In this document: in pieces, positions 16,090 through 24,107 of the stretch
Numbering within the stretch: position 1 is the stretch's first letter
How the letters are laid out: each line of letters begins with the position of its first letter
NCBI GenBank assembly: GCA_046542935.1
Contig: JBKHAJ010000002.1
Span: 1-40,366 of the forward strand
Length of the DNA: 40,366 bases
Direction of reading: 5' to 3'
Origin: Spirochaetia bacterium
Lineage (GTDB): Bacteria; Spirochaetota; Spirochaetia; SPDA01; CAZSGZ01
Position numbers and translations under genes: made by a program
The notes under the pieces: model-generated
Seen by the model: only the letters and a program-made list of their open reading frames with translations
The model's database searches: none
Told to the model about the DNA's origin: nothing

Positions 16090-16126
16090 GAGAGAAAAGC
16101 AGCCGCCCGGCGGACCGGACGGCTGC
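16090..16126 (-). terminator. Rho-independent terminator after the SBP gene
   Basis: Minus strand reads GCAGCCGUCCGG-UCCG-CCGGGCGGCUGC: a 12-bp stem with one G-U pair and a tetraloop, followed by UUUUCUCU. The plus strand also ends in a T-run (ATGTTTTT). Confidence 0.7.
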
Positions 16127-16154
16127 ATGTTTTTACTTGGTTCTTAACCGGTTC

Positions 16155-17381
16155 TTACCACTGGGGAGGATAGAAATCTTCCACGTCTTCCTGGGTAATG
16201 ATGTGCTTGGGCAGGTACTTGACCGGCGGAATCTCTTTCCCGTTGAACCAGTCCGCAGCGGTCTGGACCGCGAGGGCACCATCCCCTTCGGCGGTCTGAT
16301 AGGTAATGGCGTAGAGCTTGCCCTCCTTGACCAGGTCCATTCCGACCTTGCTGTTTCCGGCGGCCACTACAACGACATCTTCTCTGTCGGCTTTCTCAAG
16401 GGCTTCGAAAATACCGAGTGCCTGGGACGAATCGTCCGCCGCGCAGATTCCTTTAAGATCATCTCCGAACCGGGTAAGCCAGTCGGAGGTCAGCTGCATA
16501 GTCTTGTCCGCTTCGAATCCGGGAGCCTGCTTATCGAGGGTCTCAACCCACGGAGCATAACCGGAGAGTTCGGAGATCGGTCCCCAGCACCGTGCGAAAT
16601 AGGGAGACCCGCCGGGAGCGTGCTGCACGTAGGTTACACCGACGTTGTCGGTCCCGTGTTCCTCTTCCATCTTGTCGGCCCATACCCGTGAGAGCATCCT
16701 GAACTGACCGAAATCATCCGGTCCGGTCCAGGCGATGCAGTAGTCCATAGCCGCCGAAGAAGGCAGGGTGTTGAACAGGATTAGCGGGATGCCCGCCTGG
16801 TTGATCTTCCTAGCCTGCTGGGGAGCGGTCTTCGCATCCAGCGGGATAAGAAGGATCATGTCGGGGCGTTCGTTGATTGCCTGGTCGATCATCTGGTTCT
16901 GCACCGCTAAGTCCCAGTTAGGGCTAAGAGGAGTCAGCGTCATATCGTAGGCATTAGCGATCTTCTGGGCGCCTAAGGTACAGGCTGTAGTCCAGGGATG
17001 GTCGCCGTGAACGATAAAGGTGACCGTTTTTCCGATAGCTCCGTCTTCCGGAGACGGGGGAATGTTCGTTTTGTTCGCATCCCAGCCGGCGAACTCCATA
17101 TCCCACCAGTGCAGGGGATTGTCTTCCGGAAGTTCATCCGGGTTTCCCGGCCGACGGGGAACTTCCCGCTGTTCTTGCTGAAGGATAATCAGGGGCTGAC
17201 CGTCTTCCGATTTGAGGTCCGAAGTATCTACAGCCAGTGATTTTTCCAGGTTCGACATTTCGCCTTCGGCCTTTTCCTCCTCGGCCGCGGCTCCGGCTTC
17301 CTGCTGTCCGGCCGCGAATACGGCTCCCGCAAGGGCAAACGCCATAATCAGACAGAACATAATTGTCACAAGTCTCTTCAT
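16155..17381 (-). CDS. Sugar ABC transporter substrate-binding protein (PBP type I, CUT2-like)
   Basis: 408 aa with a signal peptide (MKRLVTIMFCLIMAFALAGAVFA), then a low-complexity linker and a periplasmic-binding-protein fold. It is adjacent to CUT2-type permeases and ATPase. Confidence 0.85.
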   Translation of the reverse strand: MKRLVTIMFCLIMAFALAGAVFAAGQQEAGAAAEEEKAEGEMSNLEKSLAVDTSDLKSEDGQPLIILQQEQREVPRRPGNPDELPEDNPLHWWDMEFAGWDANKTNIPPSPEDGAIGKTVTFIVHGDHPWTTACTLGAQKIANAYDMTLTPLSPNWDLAVQNQMIDQAINERPDMILLIPLDAKTAPQQARKINQAGIPLILFNTLPSSAAMDYCIAWTGPDDFGQFRMLSRVWADKMEEEHGTDNVGVTYVQHAPGGSPYFARCWGPISELSGYAPWVETLDKQAPGFEADKTMQLTSDWLTRFGDDLKGICAADDSSQALGIFEALEKADREDVVVVAAGNSKVGMDLVKEGKLYAITYQTAEGDGALAVQTAADWFNGKEIPPVKYLPKHIITQEDVEDFYPPQW

Positions 17382-17448
17382 CCTTTACCTCCGTAAAGTT
17401 TTTTTTTTAGGTTTCGACGAAACCTGTTTAAGCCTAAAATATTTTGAA

Positions 17449-18492
17449 TCAGCCCTTCAGACGCGCCTTTCGGTCGAGCCTGAGCTGTTCCATCTCTTTC
17501 ATCAGTTCCGGCCGCTGACCCACTATCTTCTCATGGCGGTAGGCGGTGTATGCTTCGTAGAGTACCACCGTTGCCAGTATTATTCCCGCGATAAAAATTT
17601 TCACCTCGTTTCCAAGGCCGAAAAGGATAATCCCGTTGTATAAGACGTCGAGGGCCAGGATGGCGAATAAGCTCTTGATTACCCCGCCCTTGCCCCCGGA
17701 CATCGCCGTCCCGCCGATGATGACCGCGGAAATTACGTACATCAGCGAAGTGTCGCCCATTTTAAGCGTAGCCGCCGAGTTCTCCATGGCGAAGAGTATA
17801 CCCCCGACGGCGGCGGTGAACCCCGAGATAACGAAGGTAATAATCGTATATCTGTCGGTGTTGATTCCCGCGAGCCAGGCCGTCTGAGCGTTGCCCCCGA
17901 CCATGTAGAAGTTCCGTCCTTTCCGTGTGTAATTCAGGAATACCGCGAAGAGGATCACGAGAACTAAAGTAATGAGTACCCGGGGGGTAAACATCGGAAT
18001 CAGCTGTTTGCCCATCCAGTCGGAGACCGCAAAGGCGTCGGGAGTAGAAAGGCTTATCGAATTGCCGCCCGTTATCGTATATACCGCCCCCTGCAGAAAC
18101 GTCAGCATGCCGAGGGTCACGATAAAGGAGCTTATCTTGGCCTTGGCGACCAAGAGTCCGTTTATAAGCCCGATGATGCATCCGGCGGCGATGGCAACGG
18201 GAACACTGCCTCCATATCCTATGTACTGCTTGAGTCCTAACCCGACGACCCCTGCGAAGGTGATAATTGTCCCGATCGAGAGGTCGAGCTGTCCGATTAT
18301 CAGGATCATAGTGAACCCGATGGCCGCCGTGGCGTTCATCGCCATGGTCCGCATTATCGTCGTAAGATTGTACGAGGTACCGAAACGGGGGGCGAACAGA
18401 AACATGAATACCAGAACGGCCCCGAAGATAATGAATATCCGGTTCTTATCAAAGGCGATTAGAAGTTTTTCTTTGTTAATTTTCTTATTCAT
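17449..18492 (-). CDS. Sugar ABC transporter permease (RbsC/BPD_transp_2 type)
   Basis: 347 aa, polytopic and Gly/Ile/Ala-rich, typical of CUT2 permeases. Its start overlaps the upstream permease stop by 8 nt. Confidence 0.9.
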   Translation of the reverse strand: MNKKINKEKLLIAFDKNRIFIIFGAVLVFMFLFAPRFGTSYNLTTIMRTMAMNATAAIGFTMILIIGQLDLSIGTIITFAGVVGLGLKQYIGYGGSVPVAIAAGCIIGLINGLLVAKAKISSFIVTLGMLTFLQGAVYTITGGNSISLSTPDAFAVSDWMGKQLIPMFTPRVLITLVLVILFAVFLNYTRKGRNFYMVGGNAQTAWLAGINTDRYTIITFVISGFTAAVGGILFAMENSAATLKMGDTSLMYVISAVIIGGTAMSGGKGGVIKSLFAILALDVLYNGIILFGLGNEVKIFIAGIILATVVLYEAYTAYRHEKIVGQRPELMKEMEQLRLDRKARLKG

Positions 18493-19534
18493 AGTCCCGC
18501 CCCATTTTCCTAAGCGACCGCGCGTTGATGTACACCACGATGATGAAGATGATTCCCCGGACCATGTCCTGGGAAAAAGTACCGATTCCGAGCAGGGTCA
18601 TGATGTTGTTGAGGATCCCTATGACGAGCACCCCACCTAAAACCCCGATGATGGAGCCCCGGCCTCCCGCGAGGGTCACCCCGCCTATGACCACAGCCGT
18701 AACCGCCCTGAAATCGTATCCCGCTCCGTTGTACCAGGCGCCGACCCGGTTGAGGGAGGTGACCGTAAGTCCGCCGATCGTAGCGGTCATCGCGCAGATG
18801 ATGAAGGCGATCCCGATGACGAGCTCCACGTTCACACCGGAGAACTTCGCCGGGGTCCGGGCGGCCCCGGTCATCTTGAGCTGCATCCCGAACTTGGTCT
18901 TCCTCAGCACAAACTGAAAGAGTATTATGAGCACCAACATCATCACCATAGGCAGCGATAGAATGTCGAAAAACCGCAGCCTGAATATGGCGTCGAACAT
19001 TTCCCCCGCCCGAACGGTCGATGCCGTCATGTCCGGATAGATCTGCTTGTTGACCCAGACCAGGCGGATAATTCCCAAGGTCACATAGTTGAGGGCCAGG
19101 GTCCAGATGATCGGATTCGCCTTGAACTTGCCGACCGCTACCGCGTTAATAATTCCGATAACCAGGCCTACGGCGAAGGTAATGATAATGGCCGGCCAGA
19201 AGCCGAATTTGAGCATCTCGACGCATACGGTTCCGGTCAGGGCCATCGTCGTCGGGACCGAGAGGTCCGCGTAATGCCCCGAATAGGTCACGAACGCCAT
19301 TCCTACGGAAACAATACCGAGCATCGACACCGCGTCGATGATATTGATCATGTTCCGGGGGGTTAAGAAATTGTTTATCGCCCCTGAGGCCTGAAGAATT
19401 ATTCCTAAAACGAGGAGGAAGATCGCTATTAAGTATACCCCGATGGTGATAAAAACCCTGTTGGTTAGTCCCTGCTTCATTGCTCTGGAATCGGCCGAGT
19501 TTTCTTGTATTTTCGTGTGTGTCGTTGGTTCCAT
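18485..19534 (-). CDS. Sugar ABC transporter permease (RbsC/BPD_transp_2 type)
   Basis: 349 aa and polytopic. Its ATG shares one nt with the ATPase stop (TAATG). Confidence 0.9.
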   Translation of the reverse strand: MEPTTHTKIQENSADSRAMKQGLTNRVFITIGVYLIAIFLLVLGIILQASGAINNFLTPRNMINIIDAVSMLGIVSVGMAFVTYSGHYADLSVPTTMALTGTVCVEMLKFGFWPAIIITFAVGLVIGIINAVAVGKFKANPIIWTLALNYVTLGIIRLVWVNKQIYPDMTASTVRAGEMFDAIFRLRFFDILSLPMVMMLVLIILFQFVLRKTKFGMQLKMTGAARTPAKFSGVNVELVIGIAFIICAMTATIGGLTVTSLNRVGAWYNGAGYDFRAVTAVVIGGVTLAGGRGSIIGVLGGVLVIGILNNIMTLLGIGTFSQDMVRGIIFIIVVYINARSLRKMGRDYE

Positions 19535-21042
19535 TAGTATTCCTCTCCGTTTGCTGCGAGCAGGACGGCTTCTTCGGTTGCTTCCGTCTTGGGTATTTCA
19601 GTAATAAACCGCCCCATCCGCATAACCAGAATGCGGCTGGAAAGCGAAACGAGCTCCGGAAGGTCGGAAGAAATGAGGATAACCGTATGTCCGTCCTCGG
19701 CCAGTTTCTCGATGGACTCATGGATGATTTGTTTTGCCCCCACATCGACGCCCCGTGTCGGTTCGTCTAAGATGATGACCCTGGAGTTGTAAGCCATCCA
19801 CTTAGCGAGAAGGACCTTCTGCTGATTTCCTCCGGACAGATTATTAAGCATCCTCGAGGGGTCCGGCGGGTAAATGGAGAGTTCCTGTATGAGCCGTTTG
19901 AGCACCGGTATTCCCTCTCCTTCCCTGTAAATTCCCGCTCTGGTGAGGGGGCTGATCAGACTGGCGAGAACGTTCTCCTTGACGCTCAGTCTTAAGGCCA
20001 GACCTTCGGTCTTCCGGTTTTCGGTCAGATAGGTAAGACCGCTTTCCATCGCCTTCGGCATGGATTTGGGTTTGACCTCCTTCCCGTCGATGAAGACCTT
20101 TCCGTCGTGATAGTCGTCGAGGCCGACGAGAGAGCGGGCCATCTCGCTCCGCCCCGCTCCCGAAAGTCCTCCTATCCCTAAGACCTCTCCTTCGTAGGCG
20201 CTGAAGCTCAGGTCATGGAAAAATCCGTATCTTGTGAAACCCTCGACCCGAAGTCGTTCCTTCCCGGTAGTGTGGGTCGCGTGGCTGTAGAACTCGTTTA
20301 TCGATTGTCCGACCATCATCTGAACGATCTCTTCCCGGGTAACCTCGGCAACCGGACGGGTAGCGATGAGCTTTCCGTCCCTCAGGACCGTTACCCGGTC
20401 GGCAATCCTGAAGATCTCCGGAAGATGGTGCGATATATAGACGATTGAAAGCCCCTCGTTCCTGAGGCGCCCGATGATCCGAAAGAGCATCTCCACCTCT
20501 TCCCGCGAAAGGGCGGAGGTCGGCTCGTCCATAACGAGGATGCACGGTCGGTTTCCCAACGCCTTGGCAATCTCCACGAGCTGGGCTTCGTGCTGGCTGA
20601 TTTCTTCGATAGCCATATTCGGATCGAGCTCCTCCAAACCGACCCGCTCGAGCACCCGGGATGTCTCCTCGGCTGTCTTTTTCTTATCGATAAATCCTGA
20701 TTTTGCCTTCGGGAGCCTGCCCACGAGGACGTTCTCCGCGATAGTTATGGGGAGGGCTAGGCTCAGCTCCTGATAGATCATCTCGATACCATTCGCCTTG
20801 GCGATTGCGGGTGAATGGAGATCCACCTTTTTGTCGCTGATATAGATGTCTCCCTCGTAATCGTCGAAGCTTCCGGCGAGCATCTTCATCAACGTCGATT
20901 TACCCGCCCCGTTTTCCCCGACTAAGGCGTGGACCTCGCCCGGACGGACGTCGAAATCGACGCCGTTGACCGCGATAGTTCCGGGAAAACGCTTGGTAAC
21001 GTTCTTCATCTGTAATGCAAGACCCAATGCTTGGTCACTCAC
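19534..21042 (-). CDS. Sugar ABC transporter ATP-binding protein with duplicated cassettes (RbsA/MglA-like)
   Basis: 502 aa with Walker A GENGAGKST, signature-like LSGGNQQKV, and Walker B ILVMDEPT and IILDEPT in the two halves. GTG start. Confidence 0.9.
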   Translation of the reverse strand: MSDQALGLALQMKNVTKRFPGTIAVNGVDFDVRPGEVHALVGENGAGKSTLMKMLAGSFDDYEGDIYISDKKVDLHSPAIAKANGIEMIYQELSLALPITIAENVLVGRLPKAKSGFIDKKKTAEETSRVLERVGLEELDPNMAIEEISQHEAQLVEIAKALGNRPCILVMDEPTSALSREEVEMLFRIIGRLRNEGLSIVYISHHLPEIFRIADRVTVLRDGKLIATRPVAEVTREEIVQMMVGQSINEFYSHATHTTGKERLRVEGFTRYGFFHDLSFSAYEGEVLGIGGLSGAGRSEMARSLVGLDDYHDGKVFIDGKEVKPKSMPKAMESGLTYLTENRKTEGLALRLSVKENVLASLISPLTRAGIYREGEGIPVLKRLIQELSIYPPDPSRMLNNLSGGNQQKVLLAKWMAYNSRVIILDEPTRGVDVGAKQIIHESIEKLAEDGHTVILISSDLPELVSLSSRILVMRMGRFITEIPKTEATEEAVLLAANGEEY

Positions 21043-21077
21043 TGTCTTTCCCTTTTTTCATATGGTATGTTCTTCCC

Positions 21078-22316
21078 TTACCGGGAAAATTCTTCTAGTG
21101 CCTCATACATAGCGACGATGTTTTCCGGCGGCACATCGGGCATTATATTATGAACGGTGTTGAAAACAAACCCGCCCCCCGGAGCGAAGATATCGAGCCG
21201 CCTTCGTACGTGTTCCTTGACCTCCCGCGGGGTCTTTCGGTTGAGTACGTTGCGGGTGTCCGCCCCGCCTCCCCAGAAAGTGATGTCCCGGCCGAACTCC
21301 CGCTTGAGGGCAGCCGGGTCCATATCCGCAGAATTAGTCTGGACCGGATTGAGAATATCGTATCCCGCCTCGATCAAATCGGGAATGAGCTTATAGATCG
21401 ATCCGCACGAGTGGAGGAAGGTGTACATCGAGCTGTTCGTGTGCACGTAGTCGCAGAGCTGTGCGTGCCGCGGCTTGAAAAGCTTCCGGTAGATCTCCGG
21501 GGCCATGAAGGGGCCGCTGTCCATTCCCAGGTCGTCCCCGAAGCGCAGGACGTCGGCGACGTCTCCCACCGCCTCGCATACCTTTTCCAAGGTGGCCAGA
21601 TGCTGCTCCATAAGGGCGTCCAAGAGCCGTTCCACCGAATCGGGATCGGTGTAGATGTCCATCAGAAAATTATCCATCCTCCGGAGGAAGGTCCCCCACT
21701 CGAAAAGATTACACCCGGCGACAGCGACTAAGGCATAGTCGGTCTCGTTTTTGAGCTTCAAGGCCCGCCGCCTCAAGGTCGTCCAGAAGTCCTTGTCCCC
21801 GTCATGGTCCCAGGGGCTGTGCACCAATGCCGCCCACGGCACCTTGCCCATGGCCTCCGGGAGATCCCCGAAATCGTCGGGATACCCGTCCAAATACGGG
21901 AAATAGGTCTGGTCGAAGAAGGTGGCCCCGCCGGGCTTGCTCGCGATGTGGATACCGTCGGCGGTATAGACCTTGAGGGTGCCGTCTTCTTCAGCCGGCC
22001 TAAACCACACCGGATAGTAGGCATTACTCCCGTCTGAGAGAACGGTCCGATACCAGTCGGTAGAGTCGGTGTTGAAAGTCCTCCCGATATCCACGACGTC
22101 GATGTTGAATCGCTCGAGAACCGATTCCTCCGGCTGGGCGAGCTCCTGCACGACGTCGTAGATATGGGCGTTTTCTGAATCGACTCCGGTATGCTTTACC
22201 AGATTGTTGTACCCGATTGCCGAGATCCCTGAGCTCGGTGTCGATCCGAGGTCGATGGGAACCCTGTCGGGCTCTCTGTGTTCCACCGCGGCGCGTACGC
22301 GCTCCCGAGAGGTCAC
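21078..22316 (-). CDS. Uroporphyrinogen decarboxylase (URO-D) fold family protein, non-HemE
   Basis: 412 aa. The N-terminus RERVRAAVEHREPDRVPIDLG is typical of the URO-D/MtaA-like family. It has FLHSCGS (H-x-C) and a C-terminal GGGFVFNTVHNI block. Confidence 0.8.
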   Translation of the reverse strand: MTSRERVRAAVEHREPDRVPIDLGSTPSSGISAIGYNNLVKHTGVDSENAHIYDVVQELAQPEESVLERFNIDVVDIGRTFNTDSTDWYRTVLSDGSNAYYPVWFRPAEEDGTLKVYTADGIHIASKPGGATFFDQTYFPYLDGYPDDFGDLPEAMGKVPWAALVHSPWDHDGDKDFWTTLRRRALKLKNETDYALVAVAGCNLFEWGTFLRRMDNFLMDIYTDPDSVERLLDALMEQHLATLEKVCEAVGDVADVLRFGDDLGMDSGPFMAPEIYRKLFKPRHAQLCDYVHTNSSMYTFLHSCGSIYKLIPDLIEAGYDILNPVQTNSADMDPAALKREFGRDITFWGGGADTRNVLNRKTPREVKEHVRRRLDIFAPGGGFVFNTVHNIMPDVPPENIVAMYEALEEFSR

Positions 22317-22326
22317 ATAACGCTCC

Positions 22327-23532
22327 TTATTTCACATCGGGGATATCGTATTCCCCGAGATCGAGGGGATATGTCCCCTTCTCCCGCACCAGATTCACGA
22401 CGTACTCGTACCGTTCCGCCGAAACGTTGCTCGGAACCGAATGGTCGGACTGAAAGATATATCCACCGCCCTTAGCGGCGTTGAGCTTGGTCAAAGCCTG
22501 CCTTTTCAGCTCGTCGAAATCCTCATTTGCCCACGCCAAGGCGTCCATGTTTCCACAGAAGCCCATGCGGTGGCCGTATTCGCGACGTAAATCGACTACG
22601 TCGAGGCCCGATTTCGCCTCCAACGGATTGTAGGAGTCCAGGTCCATCTCGATGAAATCCTCGTATATAACGGTGGCGTTCCCGCAGCCGTGGTAGATGA
22701 CCGGTATACCCGCATCGTGACACGCTTCGATCTGCGCCTTGACGATGGGCTTGAAATACTCCCTCCAGTACACCGGCGAGAAGAGCATGCCGTTGACGTA
22801 GGCGACATCTCCCCACACGACCATACCGTCGAGCATTCCGCCGGCGGCCTCGATCTGCCCCTTGGTCATCTCCACCAGGAAATCGCCGAGGCGCCGGATA
22901 AACTTCCCCAGCTCCTCGGGATACAGCCCTATCCAGAGCATTACGTTTTCGCTGCCGATAATACGCCACAGCTGCTCGTGTCCCTCGCAGATGCTCCCGT
23001 AAACGGGGATATTCGGATACAAAGCCTTCACCGTGTCTACCCAGGGGGGAAGGTTTCGGACGAACCCGTCGCCGACTCCGGCAAGCTGGTTATCCCCGCC
23101 GCCGAAAAAGCGCCTTTCGTCCCGGGGGTCGTCGAATTCGAAAGCCTGCATCTTTTCGACGGTATCGGTCTCGAAATTGACGAAGGCGGGCATGGGGTCC
23201 TCGAATTTCTTCCGAATGACCGCCTCGTAGCCGGTCTTGACGGTCACCTCCTCCTCGTTGTCTTTCAAAATCTCGAACTGCTTTATATTGGGATCCATAT
23301 TAGGGATGGTGACGATCCAGTCCAGATCGTAATACGAATAAGGGTCGGCGTCGGAGGGAAGATCAAGCTCACGCTTCCACCTCTCTAAGAAGCCGCCCCA
23401 AAAGAAATCACTTACCGGTACCCGGTCGGCCTCTTCATGCCGCAGGGTCTTGTTCATCCGGTCGAGCTTCGCGAAGCACTTTTCCGTCCTCTGAACACCC
23501 TCCGGCATTTTTCTCTTCTTTTCATCAAACAC
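22327..23532 (-). CDS. URO-D fold family protein with MtaA-like H-x-C...C pattern
   Basis: 401 aa with LRHEEADRVPVSDFFWG, IYHGCGNAT and GFCGNMD blocks and a C-terminal GGGYIFQSDHSV block. GTG start with GAAGGA about 7 nt upstream. Confidence 0.8.
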   Translation of the reverse strand: MFDEKKRKMPEGVQRTEKCFAKLDRMNKTLRHEEADRVPVSDFFWGGFLERWKRELDLPSDADPYSYYDLDWIVTIPNMDPNIKQFEILKDNEEEVTVKTGYEAVIRKKFEDPMPAFVNFETDTVEKMQAFEFDDPRDERRFFGGGDNQLAGVGDGFVRNLPPWVDTVKALYPNIPVYGSICEGHEQLWRIIGSENVMLWIGLYPEELGKFIRRLGDFLVEMTKGQIEAAGGMLDGMVVWGDVAYVNGMLFSPVYWREYFKPIVKAQIEACHDAGIPVIYHGCGNATVIYEDFIEMDLDSYNPLEAKSGLDVVDLRREYGHRMGFCGNMDALAWANEDFDELKRQALTKLNAAKGGGYIFQSDHSVPSNVSAERYEYVVNLVREKGTYPLDLGEYDIPDVK

Positions 23533-23563
23533 GAATTCGTCCTTCAGCTAGTATAGTATTTAT

Positions 23564-23887
23564 CTAGTCGAGATGAAAGAGTTCTTCCATCTCGGCCCAC
23601 CATTCACCCTCCAGCCGTGTCGGCCAGGGTTCCTGCATGGGCATCATAATGTCCCACCACTCCCGGGTCTTAGGATCGGCGGCCATCTTCGCCATGTCCG
23701 CATCGAAATCGTTTCCCACGTATTCGAAATACGCGAAGAGCATACCGTCCTTATGGAAGATGGAATAGTTCTGAATATTGCATTCCTTTATCTTGGAGGC
23801 GATTTCGGGCCACACCTCGGCATGGTACCGTTTGTACTCATCGAGCTTGTCCTCCTTGACACCAATCAACTGCCCATGGCGCTGCAT
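23564..23887 (-). CDS. rhaM: L-rhamnose mutarotase family protein
   Basis: 107 aa. EYKRYHAEVWPEI...NYSIF...REWWDIM matches the RhaM/RhaU dimeric alpha-beta-barrel family in both pattern and length. Confidence 0.8.
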   Translation of the reverse strand: MQRHGQLIGVKEDKLDEYKRYHAEVWPEIASKIKECNIQNYSIFHKDGMLFAYFEYVGNDFDADMAKMAADPKTREWWDIMMPMQEPWPTRLEGEWWAEMEELFHLD

Positions 23888-23946
23888 GATGAAACCTCCG
23901 ATAAAATATTAAGTAAAATAGTAACATATTTTGACAAGTTTTACTC

Positions 23947-23974
23947 ATTGTACCATAACTTAGTGTGTTGTCAA
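23947..23974 (-). promoter_or_regulatory. Promoter of the sugar locus (TTGACA-16-TACAAT with TGn)
   Basis: On the minus strand: TTGACA (23974-23969), 16-nt spacer ending in TGg, TACAAT (23952-23947), about 60 nt upstream of rhaM. Confidence 0.55.
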
Positions 23975-24046
23975 GAAAATTCTTATCCGTATTTTACCTA
24001 ATTTCAATGATATTTTCAAAATATCCCCCTTTTTGAACAATTATTC

Positions 24047-24074
24047 TTGACAACCCACCCTCTCGTGATAAAAT
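24047..24074 (+). promoter_or_regulatory. Promoter of the LacI-family regulator (TTGACA-16-TAAAAT with TGn)
   Basis: TTGACA (24047-24052), 16-nt spacer ending in TGa, TAAAAT (24069-24074), 33 nt upstream of ATG 24108. Confidence 0.5.
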
Positions 24075-24107
24075 GGATTAAATATTTTACTGGAGTTTTA
24101 CTTAATC

